Assembly (NCBI GenBank): GCA_965228475.1 | Contig: OZ245817.1 | Location: 4,864,001 to 4,928,000 of the forward strand | Length of the DNA: 64,000 nt | Direction of reading: 5' to 3' | DNA from: Myxococcota bacterium | Lineage (GTDB): Bacteria; Myxococcota_A; UBA9160; JAFDDA01 | In this document: piece by piece, positions 53,267 to 61,171 of the stretch | Position numbering within the stretch: the stretch's first letter is position 1 | Layout of the letters: the number at the start of each line of letters is the position of its first letter | Position numbers and translations under genes: made by a program | The notes under the pieces: model-generated | Told to the model about the DNA's origin: nothing | What the model saw: only the letters and a program-made list of their open reading frames with translations | The model's database searches: none

Positions 53267-54322
53267 CTAGGGGGCAAGGGGCGAGAGCCCGCGCTGACCC
53301 TCCAGCTGCGTCGGATCCGCGGCCTGCTCCGAGCCCAGCCGGGCCGCCTGGGAGAAGACGCCCTTGCGCTCGATGTAGGTTCGCCCGCGGAGCTCTTCCA
53401 TCCACTTCTCGTACTCGGTCTCGAGCCGCTCGTTGTAGATCTCGGTGTAGAGGTCCTGCTCGACGTCCGCGTAGTCCACGCGCTCGAAGCCGCGCCGCTC
53501 GACGACCTGGAAGAGGTTGCAGCCGAAGGGCATCTCGATCACTTCGGAGACGCCGCCGACGGGCAGGCCGCGCACCGCGTCCGCCATCCACGGCGCGATG
53601 TCCTCTTCGTGCACCCAGCCGACGTCGCCGCCGTTCTGGGGGTTCATGTCCGAGATTTCGCGCGCCACGGTGACGAAGTCCTCCCCGCCCTGGATGCGCA
53701 CGAGGCCGGCGCGCGTGCTCCCGCAGGCCTCCTCCATGCTGCGCGGGCCGTCCTTGCCGCCCGCGCGGACCAGGTGCCGCAGGTGCATCTCGTCGCCGCC
53801 GCTGCGCTGGCTCGCGTAGCGCCGGGCGTAGAGCTCCTTCACTTCCTTTTCTTCGATCTGGACCTTCGACCGCACCATCCCGTTCAGGATCTTCGTGCGC
53901 TGGATCTCGCCGCGGATCTTCTCGCGGTACTCCTCGAAGTCGACGTCGTGACTCTCGAGGCTCTCCTTGAGCTGATCCATCGTGATGCCGTTCTCGGTGG
54001 CGATGCTCTCGATGGCGGCGTCGATCTCGGCGTCGCTCGCCTCGAGCTCCATGTTCCGCACCACCTGCTCGACGAGCCGCCGCTCGATCAGCCGCTCGAG
54101 CATGTCCGAGCGGATCATGTCGATGTCGCGGTCCGTCGCGCCGGCGGCGCGCATCTTCTCTTCCATCGGGTCGGTGACGCGCGTGACCTCGGAGATCAGC
54201 ACGACGTCGGAGCCGACCTGCGCGGCGATCCCGTCGATCAGCTCCTCGGTCGCGGCGCCCGCGGGCGGTGCGGCGAGCGCGGCGGCGGTGAAGAGCGCGA
54301 GTGCGGAAAGCGGACGCAGCAT
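53267..54322 (-). CDS. SurA-like peptidyl-prolyl isomerase/chaperone
   Basis: Signal peptide, IDGIAAQV, parvulin GGDVGW. Confidence 0.85.
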   Translation of the reverse strand: MLRPLSALALFTAAALAAPPAGAATEELIDGIAAQVGSDVVLISEVTRVTDPMEEKMRAAGATDRDIDMIRSDMLERLIERRLVEQVVRNMELEASDAEIDAAIESIATENGITMDQLKESLESHDVDFEEYREKIRGEIQRTKILNGMVRSKVQIEEKEVKELYARRYASQRSGGDEMHLRHLVRAGGKDGPRSMEEACGSTRAGLVRIQGGEDFVTVAREISDMNPQNGGDVGWVHEEDIAPWMADAVRGLPVGGVSEVIEMPFGCNLFQVVERRGFERVDYADVEQDLYTEIYNERLETEYEKWMEELRGRTYIERKGVFSQAARLGSEQAADPTQLEGQRGLSPLAP

Positions 54323-54401
54323 GAGACCTCCGAGGTTCGGACACCGCACGGTGACCCTCGGGTTCGGACCGATCGCGAGGGGGCGGGGGTGCGCCGGGAT
54401 C

Positions 54402-55895
54402 TTAACTTGGCTCGGGGATCGGGTCTCGGGCCGTGTCGAGGGGGGGCTCGGCCTCGAGGCGGGCGCGCGCGCGGGCGAGGCGGGTTCGCCGCGCCTTCGG
54501 TTCCAAGGGATGGAAGGGCTCCATGCGGCGCGCGGCGCGGCCTTCGCCGCGGGGCTTCGCCGGGCCCGCTGCGCCCGGGGTCTTCTCCGCGCGGGCGAGG
54601 ACGTCGCGGCAGGTCCGCCAGAGGGTCGCCCGATCGGCCTTGCCGGGGCGAAGCTCGAGCGGCGGCTCCGGGCCCACGGCCAGGGCGTCCGGCCCCGCCG
54701 GCTCGCAGCCGGCGATGGGGAGCCCCTGCCCGATCCGCGCCACCGGCCGGCCGCTCGCGGCAAGCTCCGGGCAGCGCCGGGAGAGGTAGCGGGCACCCGC
54801 CAGGTAGTGGCCGTTGGTGACGACCCTCCGGCCCGCGGCGTCCCGGGCCCCGAAGGAGAGCTGGCGGTAGCGCTTGGGCTCGCCGCAGAAATCCATCCCG
54901 GCCAGGACGAAGCGGGCGGCGCCGAGCTCGGCGGCCAGGGCGAGCATGGTTTCCGAGACGGTCGTGACGGGCTCCGCGAGCACGGGCAGGCCCGCGCGCT
55001 GCCACGCCACCTGGTGGAGGTGGGGCGTCTCCAGGTGGAAGAGCACGGTCTTCCCGGGCCAGCGGTCGAGCAGCGCGGGCCGGACCGAGGTGTCGGCGAG
55101 CAGCACGCCGAAGTCGCCCGCGAGACCCTCGACGAAGGTCTCGAACTCGTGAGGGTCCGGCGCCACCACGAAGTCGGCGGTGACGCCCGCTTCCTCGAGC
55201 GGACGAAGCGCCTGGAGCGCGGCGAAGACGACGCCCCCCTCGCGGCGGCGAAGGGCCGCGAGGGCCTCCGCGTCGAGGGAGGGCCCCGGGGAGATGCAGA
55301 GAGCCGTCCGTCCGGCGCAGCACCCGGCGAGCTCCGCAGCCGTTCGTAGGTAGGGGATGCGCTCGAGCGCATCGATCGCGCGTTCGCTCACGACGGCGTC
55401 GCGCACGCGGAGCGGCTCGCGGGCTCCGCCGCCGAGTTCCGAGCGCGCAGCTTCGACGAGCCGCGCCGCGATGACGCGCGCCTCGAACCGGCACAGCTCG
55501 GTGTAGCCCGGGTGCAGCAGCAGCCGGCTCCCGCGCCGCCGCCCGGGGCACGCTTCGAGCCAGCGGTCGAGCGCTTCGAGATCCGAGACGACCGGCACCG
55601 GGGACGGCACGCGCTGCGCGCCGAGCTCGCCGGTGATCTCGGGGAACGGATCGAAGGCCACGGCGTCCGCGCCGACCGCCGCGAGGGCTTCGGGCACGTA
55701 GCCGAGCCCCAACCCGAGGAGCACCAGGCCGCCGCCGCCCGCAAGCTCGCCGGCCGCCCCCCGAGCGAAGCCCTCCGCCTCCCGCCGCGGCGCATAGCGG
55801 CTGTGGACGAAGCGCTCGCCGATCCGGAGCGTCGGCTCCCCGTCCCGGGAAGCCTCCGTCGCCCACTCGATCCCGGGCACCGCCGCTTGACTCAA
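54402..55895 (-). CDS. DUF115 / MAF_flag10-like protein
   Basis: [26 protein letters not shown] motifs; TTG start with RBS. Confidence 0.7.
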   Translation of the reverse strand: MSQAAVPGIEWATEASRDGEPTLRIGERFVHSRYAPRREAEGFARGAAGELAGGGGLVLLGLGLGYVPEALAAVGADAVAFDPFPEITGELGAQRVPSPVPVVSDLEALDRWLEACPGRRRGSRLLLHPGYTELCRFEARVIAARLVEAARSELGGGAREPLRVRDAVVSERAIDALERIPYLRTAAELAGCCAGRTALCISPGPSLDAEALAALRRREGGVVFAALQALRPLEEAGVTADFVVAPDPHEFETFVEGLAGDFGVLLADTSVRPALLDRWPGKTVLFHLETPHLHQVAWQRAGLPVLAEPVTTVSETMLALAAELGAARFVLAGMDFCGEPKRYRQLSFGARDAAGRRVVTNGHYLAGARYLSRRCPELAASGRPVARIGQGLPIAGCEPAGPDALAVGPEPPLELRPGKADRATLWRTCRDVLARAEKTPGAAGPAKPRGEGRAARRMEPFHPLEPKARRTRLARARARLEAEPPLDTARDPIPEPS

Positions 55896-56092
55896 TCCGG
55901 GCCCCTCCCTGCCCCTCACTTCGGTGCAACTCGCCGGCAGGTTGAGCCGGAGAGGGGCGCCTGGAGCGCCCTCTCCACGGCACCGCAAGAATTGGACCTC
56001 GATCGGCGGCCAAAATGGGAAGTAGGTACTTGATGCAATGGCGCACCAGTCCACCGGACCGCAGTCTTCGCTGTTAGTTCGGCGTGAGCGGC

Positions 56093-56464
56093 CTAGTCCG
56101 TCAGGTTCTTGGAGCGGATCTCGTGAGCGTGAACTCCGGACTCAATCTCGTTGATGAGCTTGAGCACCGCCTCGGTGGCGTCGCCCGCCTGTTGACGCAT
56201 GTGGATCCCTAGGTGGCCGATCAGCTCAACGGCTCGTTGCGCGAACTCGTGGAGCGTTGAGAGGTCGGCGATCTGCCGCTCCCGCAGCTCGTCGGTCAGG
56301 GCGTAGAGATTCGACGCGGTGGAGGCCGCGCCGAGCACGTCCGTGACCCAGGCGTTCGTGCTCTTGCCGGAGCGCGCCGCCGCAACCGAGACGGCCCGGT
56401 GAACCTCGGGACTCATCCGAATGCCCATCATCACCCGTTCGGTTTTCTCGGGGGTTGTAGTCAA
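56093..56464 (-). CDS. Arc/HicB-like ribbon-helix-helix DNA-binding protein
   Basis: TTG start after GGAGGGAG; GIRMSPEVHRAVSVAAARSGKSTNAWV RHH pattern. Confidence 0.7.
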   Translation of the reverse strand: MTTTPEKTERVMMGIRMSPEVHRAVSVAAARSGKSTNAWVTDVLGAASTASNLYALTDELRERQIADLSTLHEFAQRAVELIGHLGIHMRQQAGDATEAVLKLINEIESGVHAHEIRSKNLTD

Positions 56465-56483
56465 AGCTCCCTCCCTGGCGATT

Positions 56484-56573
56484 TGGCGGAGAGGGTGGGA
56501 TTCGAACCCACGGGGGGTGTAGGCCCCCAGGCGATTTTGAGTCGCCCGCCTTAAGCCGCTCGGCCACCTCTCC
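56484..56573 (-). tRNA. tRNA with a tRNA-Ser body and CAA (Leu) anticodon
   Basis: GGAGAGG TG GCC-GAGCGGCTTAA-GGC G GGCGA-CTCAAAA-TCGCC T GGGGG-CCTACA-CCCCC C GTGGG-TTCGAAT-CCCAC CCTCTCC G CCA; all stems pair; G73 and encoded CCA. Confidence 0.92.
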
Positions 56574-56632
56574 GCCGTGATAGCGGAGTTAGCAACCAGG
56601 CATCTGATACGCAAGAAATCTCGCACCCGCCC

Positions 56633-56670
56633 AAAAAAAGCGGGGCACGGGTCCTACACCCCCGTGCCCC
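56633..56670 (-). terminator. Intrinsic terminator upstream of the tRNA
   Basis: Perfect 10-bp stem ggggcacggg/cccgtgcccc followed by 7 U on the minus strand. Confidence 0.85.
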
Positions 56671-56809
56671 TAGTTCGCGGTGGCCGAGCGGCCTAGTCCG
56701 CGTAACAGTCTTCCTCCGCTAGAGCGGATGGTCTTGGCGGCCCCTTTAGGGGGAGGTGTCCTTCACGACAACTCGCGTGTTACACCACCGCACTCGTGGG
56801 TCGCAAGTA
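56633..56809 (-). ncRNA. Putative structured sRNA/leader with anti-tRNA segments
   Basis: Nested stems 56677-83/56785-91 and 56702-07/56778-83 enclose three hairpins; bounded by a promoter-like element and a terminator. Confidence 0.55.
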
Positions 56810-56814
56810 TCCAG

Positions 56815-56842
56815 ATTCTAAGCAATTTCCGTGCCTTGACAA
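56815..56842 (-). promoter_or_regulatory. Sigma70-like promoter for the sRNA/tRNA unit
   Basis: TTGTCA-N16-TAGAAT on the minus strand, overlapped by an inverted repeat at 56831-56859. Confidence 0.55.
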
Positions 56843-56937
56843 GTCGTGTCAAAAGGCACTGGAAATCAACATCTTTCCAAGCGCGTTGGATGGCTGCGGC
56901 GGAACGAAAGTTCACTACTTGGGAACTATCTTCTTAT

Positions 56938-56966
56938 TTGCAATAAAGTAAAAGATACTGTATCGT
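56938..56966 (+). promoter_or_regulatory. Sigma70-like promoter for a probably leaderless transposase mRNA
   Basis: TTGCAA-N17-TATCGT, 7 nt before ATG 56974. Confidence 0.5.
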
Positions 56967-56973
56967 CTTGGGT

Positions 56974-57966
56974 ATGGCGAAGAAGCACCCCCGCAACCCG
57001 ATCCTCGACGCGCTCCGCGAGGCAAGCCAGGACGAGGCGAAGGCCGTCGAGCTGCTTGAGGCTCGCCGCTTCGGCGACACGCCCGGCTGCCCCCGTTGCG
57101 GGGACACCGACGTCTACAAGATGCGGGACCGAAAGACGGGCGAGCGCGAGAAGAACTACCGATGGCGCTGCCGCGGCTGCAAGAAGATGTTCACGGTTCG
57201 CACCGGGACGATATTCGAGGAGACGCGGCTGCCGCTGCGCGTGTGGGTCTACGCTTTCTGGAAAGCGTGCGCGTCGAAGAAGGGTATCAGCGCCCTACAG
57301 ATCAGCCGGGAGTGCGAGATCAGCTACAAGAGCGCGCTCTATCTCATGCACCGCATCCGATATGCCATGCTCGAAGATCCCAGTGGCCAGCCGAAGCTCT
57401 CCGGCACGGTCGAAGTTGACGAGACGTTCGTCGGCGGAAAGCCGCGCCACTCCGTCCGAACGAAGATCAACCCGGTCACCGGAATGAAGCACCAGTACCT
57501 CCCGGCCTCCGCGAAGCCTGGTGGTTCGCCGAAGGTTCCCGTCGTTGCTCTGGTCGAGCGTGGAGGCCGTGTCCGTGCGCGTCAGATTGAGCGGGTGGAT
57601 CGCGAGTCTCTAGGCGGTGCCGTCCACGAGCTGGTCGAGTCTGGCGCAACGATCCATACCGATGAGAACCCGAGCTACCGCCACCTCGGCGCGCGCTACT
57701 CGCACGACTCCGTGAACCACACGCGGAAGGAGTACGTTCGTGGCGATGTGACTACCAACACGGTGGAAGGTTTCTTCTCCCTGCTCAAGCGTGGCGTCTA
57801 CGGGACGTTCCACTCCGTGAGCAAGCATCATCTTCATCGCTATCTGGCCGAGTTTGAGTTTCGGTACAACCACCGAGAACTCGACGACGGGGCGCGGACC
57901 CTCGCCGCTATCGACGGGGGAGAAGGGAAGCGCCTTTTGTATGAGCGATCTCCGACAACGGTCTAG
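56974..57966 (+). CDS. IS1595-family DDE transposase
   Basis: Zn ribbon CPRC...CRGC, RTGTIFE, EVDETFVGG, HTDE, VNH, TNTVEGFFSLLKRG, YLAEFEFRYN. Confidence 0.95.
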   Translation: MAKKHPRNPILDALREASQDEAKAVELLEARRFGDTPGCPRCGDTDVYKMRDRKTGEREKNYRWRCRGCKKMFTVRTGTIFEETRLPLRVWVYAFWKACASKKGISALQISRECEISYKSALYLMHRIRYAMLEDPSGQPKLSGTVEVDETFVGGKPRHSVRTKINPVTGMKHQYLPASAKPGGSPKVPVVALVERGGRVRARQIERVDRESLGGAVHELVESGATIHTDENPSYRHLGARYSHDSVNHTRKEYVRGDVTTNTVEGFFSLLKRGVYGTFHSVSKHHLHRYLAEFEFRYNHRELDDGARTLAAIDGGEGKRLLYERSPTTV

Positions 57967-57990
57967 TGGCGTACAGCTCCAACTTAAGCT

Positions 57991-58458
57991 CTAGCCCTGG
58001 ATCGTCACGCTGTGCTGCTTGATCTCAATGAAGAGTCTTCGGTCCTTCGCAGTCAGCCTGCGGTTGTGCTCCAGCTCGATCAGCTCAAGAGAGTGCTTGA
58101 CGCGGGCAAGCTCGCTCGCCTTGGTCTCGTTGCATTCGAGCGAGACCACGCCGAGGTTGCGCATTTTTGTGCGGCTACCCTTCGGCAGCCGTCGACTCGT
58201 CACCTCCTTGAAGTCCTTGTAGTTTCGTGTGACCAGAACCGCTCCGAGGTCATTCCCCGCCATCGCGATGACCTCGTCGGGTGACTGAAGGAGAAGGAGA
58301 TCGGAAACGTGGACGGTCTCGTGGTGCGCCGCCTTCAGTTCGTCGGCAACCCACAGGGGGACGTTCTCATCAATAAGGAAACGGATCCGTGGCTTGAGGC
58401 TCGGGTCAGCCGGCCTTGCGTCGTCGTGAGCGTTCGTCTCGGATCGCTGCCTTGACAT
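57991..58458 (-). CDS. DUF5615-family PIN-like toxin (start uncertain)
   Basis: FLIDENV, PDEVI, LVTRNYKDF acidic PIN motifs; downstream of a DUF433 gene. Confidence 0.8.
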   Translation of the reverse strand: MSRQRSETNAHDDARPADPSLKPRIRFLIDENVPLWVADELKAAHHETVHVSDLLLLQSPDEVIAMAGNDLGAVLVTRNYKDFKEVTSRRLPKGSRTKMRNLGVVSLECNETKASELARVKHSLELIELEHNRRLTAKDRRLFIEIKQHSVTIQG

Positions 58459-59047
58459 CCTTCTCAGTCAGTGTCGGGAAGCCGTCTACGATCTCTTCAA
58501 CGGTCATCCCAGAGCTGAAGTACCGCCAGATCAAACTGCTGGGAATCCGTGTTCCTGCAATCACTTGACGCCCGTTGAGGACATTCCTCCGTTTCGAGAG
58601 TTTCCCGATATCGGAGTCCTTCCGTGACCGCTTGCGCTTCAGAAGCCGCACGGTGTCGCTCCGCACTTCCTCAAGGTCGATCACCAGGATCGGGGTTTGC
58701 CTGTGAGGTTTCGTTGAGACGACTTCGTCAGTCCTAGGATCTCGGTACAGAAGCTCCTTCCCGGACAGAAAGAACTTGATGCTGGCCCACGGGTTGGGGT
58801 GATCTTCGTGAAACTCCTCATGGAGCGCACGATCTACCTTCCGAAGCTCTTGGAGGGGCACCCGCGTCCTGATCGGCGCGATGGCGCGAAGACCCACCAG
58901 GTCCCGGAACGAGTACACCCTTCGGTCGTCAACCAGGTACTCAGGGGAGAAGAAGTCAGTCTTGTCCCAGTATCGGAGTTGACGCTTGCTCAGTCCCGTC
59001 AGCTCCGCGACTTGGTCCTCGCCGAAGTAGGCGATCGAGTCAGTCAT
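58406..59047 (-). CDS. MerR-HTH + DUF433 antitoxin
   Basis: VAELTGLSKRQLRYWD HTH; C-terminal GRQVIAGTRIP...GMTVEEIVDGFPTLTEKDVKAA. Confidence 0.85.
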   Translation of the reverse strand: MTDSIAYFGEDQVAELTGLSKRQLRYWDKTDFFSPEYLVDDRRVYSFRDLVGLRAIAPIRTRVPLQELRKVDRALHEEFHEDHPNPWASIKFFLSGKELLYRDPRTDEVVSTKPHRQTPILVIDLEEVRSDTVRLLKRKRSRKDSDIGKLSKRRNVLNGRQVIAGTRIPSSLIWRYFSSGMTVEEIVDGFPTLTEKDVKAAIRDERSRRRKAG

Positions 59048-59222
59048 CCGAGCACACCCCTATTGTTGCGTCCGAGCGGTTCGCTACCGTTCGGACGTCG
59101 GATGTGCCGACAGAGATTCCTCCTAAGACCTCGCCGGGCCAGGGCGGGGTCTTTGGTTTTCTGGGCCACGGCGGAAACCGGCCCTTCGGGTAGTCTCACC
59201 CCCCACACGCTATATTCCCGCT

Positions 59223-59372
59223 GTGGCTGATCCGGTCAAGCGCCCCGGCCCCGAGCCGGAGACATTGAAGGTCGAAATCGACCCCGAAGAGGGGTTGGCT
59301 CGCCTCTTGCGCGCCCAGCCGAAGCCGCCTCCGAAGGCGAAGAAAAAGCCCTCGAAGCGCCGGAAGTCCTAG
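59223..59372 (+). CDS. Small basic protein, 49 aa (IS passenger)
   Basis: GTG 6 nt after TATATT; MADPVKRPGPEPETLKVEIDPEEGLARLLRAQPKPPPKAKKKPSKRRKS. Confidence 0.55.
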   Translation: MADPVKRPGPEPETLKVEIDPEEGLARLLRAQPKPPPKAKKKPSKRRKS

Positions 59373-59515
59373 TCCTGGCCCTCTAGGGCCGCAGCGATCC
59401 TCTCCAGCGCCTCAGCGATCCGCCCAAATACCTGAACGATATTCGGATCTTCTCCGATCTTGGGAACGCGGTTGAAGGCATCGTTGACAGCCTGTGCGAG
59501 TGAGTCCTTGCTCAT
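59369..59515 (-). CDS. Small hypothetical protein, 48 aa (IS passenger)
   Basis: MSKDSLAQAVNDAFNRVPKIGEDPNIVQVFGRIAEALERIAAALEGQD; stop overlaps the convergent ORF stop at CTAG. Confidence 0.45.
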   Translation of the reverse strand: MSKDSLAQAVNDAFNRVPKIGEDPNIVQVFGRIAEALERIAAALEGQD

Positions 59516-59670
59516 GGGTCACCAGGCTAACCGCAGGGCTCCGAACGCACAACGAACCGATAGACCGGCTACTTAGGCGATTCCAATGCAATTCCGCGGC
59601 ATTGCATTGGATCCATACTTCCGGCCAAAATGGAGCTTTCCGGGACGGATTGGTGCCCTAGGCTCTCGCC

Positions 59671-61158
59671 ATGCTCGAGTTCAGCTTCCAGCCCGATCGC
59701 ACCCGCCGGGAGCCCGTCTATCGCCAGCTCGAGGGGTATCTCCGCGAGCTCGTCGAGAGCCGCCGGCTCGCCGCGGGGGAGCGCCTACCCGCGAGCCGCG
59801 AGCTGGCCGCGGCCCTCGGGCTCTCGCGCAACACGGTGAACCAGGCCTATCAGGCGCTGGTCGACGACGGTCTGCTCGCCTCCCACGTCGGCCAGGGGAC
59901 CTTCGTGCAGCGCCAGCCGGGGCCGGCCCTGCGGCCGGTCGGGCCCGCGGCGCGCGGCTTTGCCTGGGCCGGGCTGTTCGCGCGCCGCACCGCGGCGGTC
60001 GCGCTTCCGCCGGCCATCCTCGCCGCCGGCCGCATGCCGAACCCGCCCTTCGACTTCCGCCCGGGCCACGTCGACCTCGCGACGATCCCGAAGACGGAGC
60101 TCCGCCGCGCGATGTCGAAGGCGACGGAGCAGGTCGAGATGCTCGCGACCTGCCAGGACCCGCGCGGCTGGTTTCCGCTGCGCGAGCAGATCGCGCGCGC
60201 GCTCGTCGGGCGCGGCATCCGCTGCGGCCCGGACGACGTCGCGGTGGTGAGCGGTGCGCAGCAGGCCCTCGATCTCACCGCGCGCGTGCTCCTCGACCCC
60301 GGCGACACCGTCGTGATGGAGCAGCCGGGCTACTTCGGCGCCGCGCTGGCCTTCGGCGCGAGCGAAGCGCACCTGGTCGGTGTCGGCGTGGACGAGCACG
60401 GGCTTCGCACGGACGAGCTCGCCCGCATCCTGCGCGCGCGCCGCGTGAAGCTCGTCTACACGACGCCGGCCGTGCAGAGCCCGACGGGCGTCGTGCTCTC
60501 CGACGAACGCCGCCGCGCGCTCCTCGACCTCGCCGACGAGTACCAGGTGCCCGTGGTCGAGGACGACTACGACAGCGAGCTGCGCTACGGCACGCCGCCG
60601 ACGCCGGCCCTGAAGACCCAGGACGAAGCGGGCCAGGTGATCTACGCCGGCACCTTCTCGAAGGCGCTCTTCGCCGGCATCCGCGTCGGCTACGTCGTGG
60701 CGGCGCAGCCCTTCCTGCTCCAGCTGATGGCGACGCGCCTGGCCGCGGACTTCCGCACGGACCTGCTCGCCCAGGCCGCCATGGCCGAGCTGCTCGAGAG
60801 CGGCGGCCTCGAGCGCCACGTGCGGCGCGTGCGCCGCCTCTACTCCGCGCGCCGCGCCGCGATGCTCGACGCCCTGCGCGCGCACATGCCCGAGGGCACC
60901 CACGTCACCGAACCCGCCGGCGGCAACACGGTCTGGGTGCGGCTTCCGTCGGGCATCGACGGGGCCGCCTTCCACGCCGCGGCCCTGGCCGCCGGGATCG
61001 AGTACGGACGCGGCGATCTCTTCCGCCTCGACGGGGCGAGCATCGACCACGCCCATCTTTCCTTCGCCCAGATGGGGCCGCGCAAGATCCAGGAAGGCGT
61101 CGCGCGCCTGGCCGATCTCGCCCGCTCCGAACTCCGCCGCGCCCGCGAAACCGCCTAG
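59671..61158 (+). CDS. MocR/GabR-type GntR regulator with PLP-dependent aminotransferase domain
   Basis: LPASRELAAALGLSRNTV, SGAQQAL, EDDYDSE, GTFSK. Confidence 0.92.
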   Translation: MLEFSFQPDRTRREPVYRQLEGYLRELVESRRLAAGERLPASRELAAALGLSRNTVNQAYQALVDDGLLASHVGQGTFVQRQPGPALRPVGPAARGFAWAGLFARRTAAVALPPAILAAGRMPNPPFDFRPGHVDLATIPKTELRRAMSKATEQVEMLATCQDPRGWFPLREQIARALVGRGIRCGPDDVAVVSGAQQALDLTARVLLDPGDTVVMEQPGYFGAALAFGASEAHLVGVGVDEHGLRTDELARILRARRVKLVYTTPAVQSPTGVVLSDERRRALLDLADEYQVPVVEDDYDSELRYGTPPTPALKTQDEAGQVIYAGTFSKALFAGIRVGYVVAAQPFLLQLMATRLAADFRTDLLAQAAMAELLESGGLERHVRRVRRLYSARRAAMLDALRAHMPEGTHVTEPAGGNTVWVRLPSGIDGAAFHAAALAAGIEYGRGDLFRLDGASIDHAHLSFAQMGPRKIQEGVARLADLARSELRRARETA

Positions 61159-61171
61159 AAGCGAGACCTCG

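Larger units (their letters stand above)
56017..59623. mobile_element. IS1595-family element with passenger genes
   Basis: Left end GGGAAGTAGGTACTTGATGCAATG vs right end (reverse complement) CGGAAGTATGGATCCAATGCAATG; flanking direct repeat GCCAAAAT at 56009-56016 and 59624-59631; lower GC; IS1595 transposase inside. Confidence 0.9.

Noticed and set aside
56484..56573. Reading the tRNA as tRNA-Sec (TCA in the loop) or as an ordinary tRNA-Leu
   Set aside because: With the 5-bp stem and 7-nt loop, the anticodon is CAA and TCA is off-register. The 7/5 fold is not Sec-like, and G73 plus the GGAGAGG acceptor are Ser-type rather than Leu-type.
56484..56573. tRNA as an integration (att) site
   Set aside because: No integrase and no duplicated tRNA 3' end seen; the gene lies inside the IS termini.
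56465..56626. N-terminal extension of ORF 56093..56626
   Set aside because: It translates through the tRNA gene; the TTG at 56464 with an RBS is the better start.
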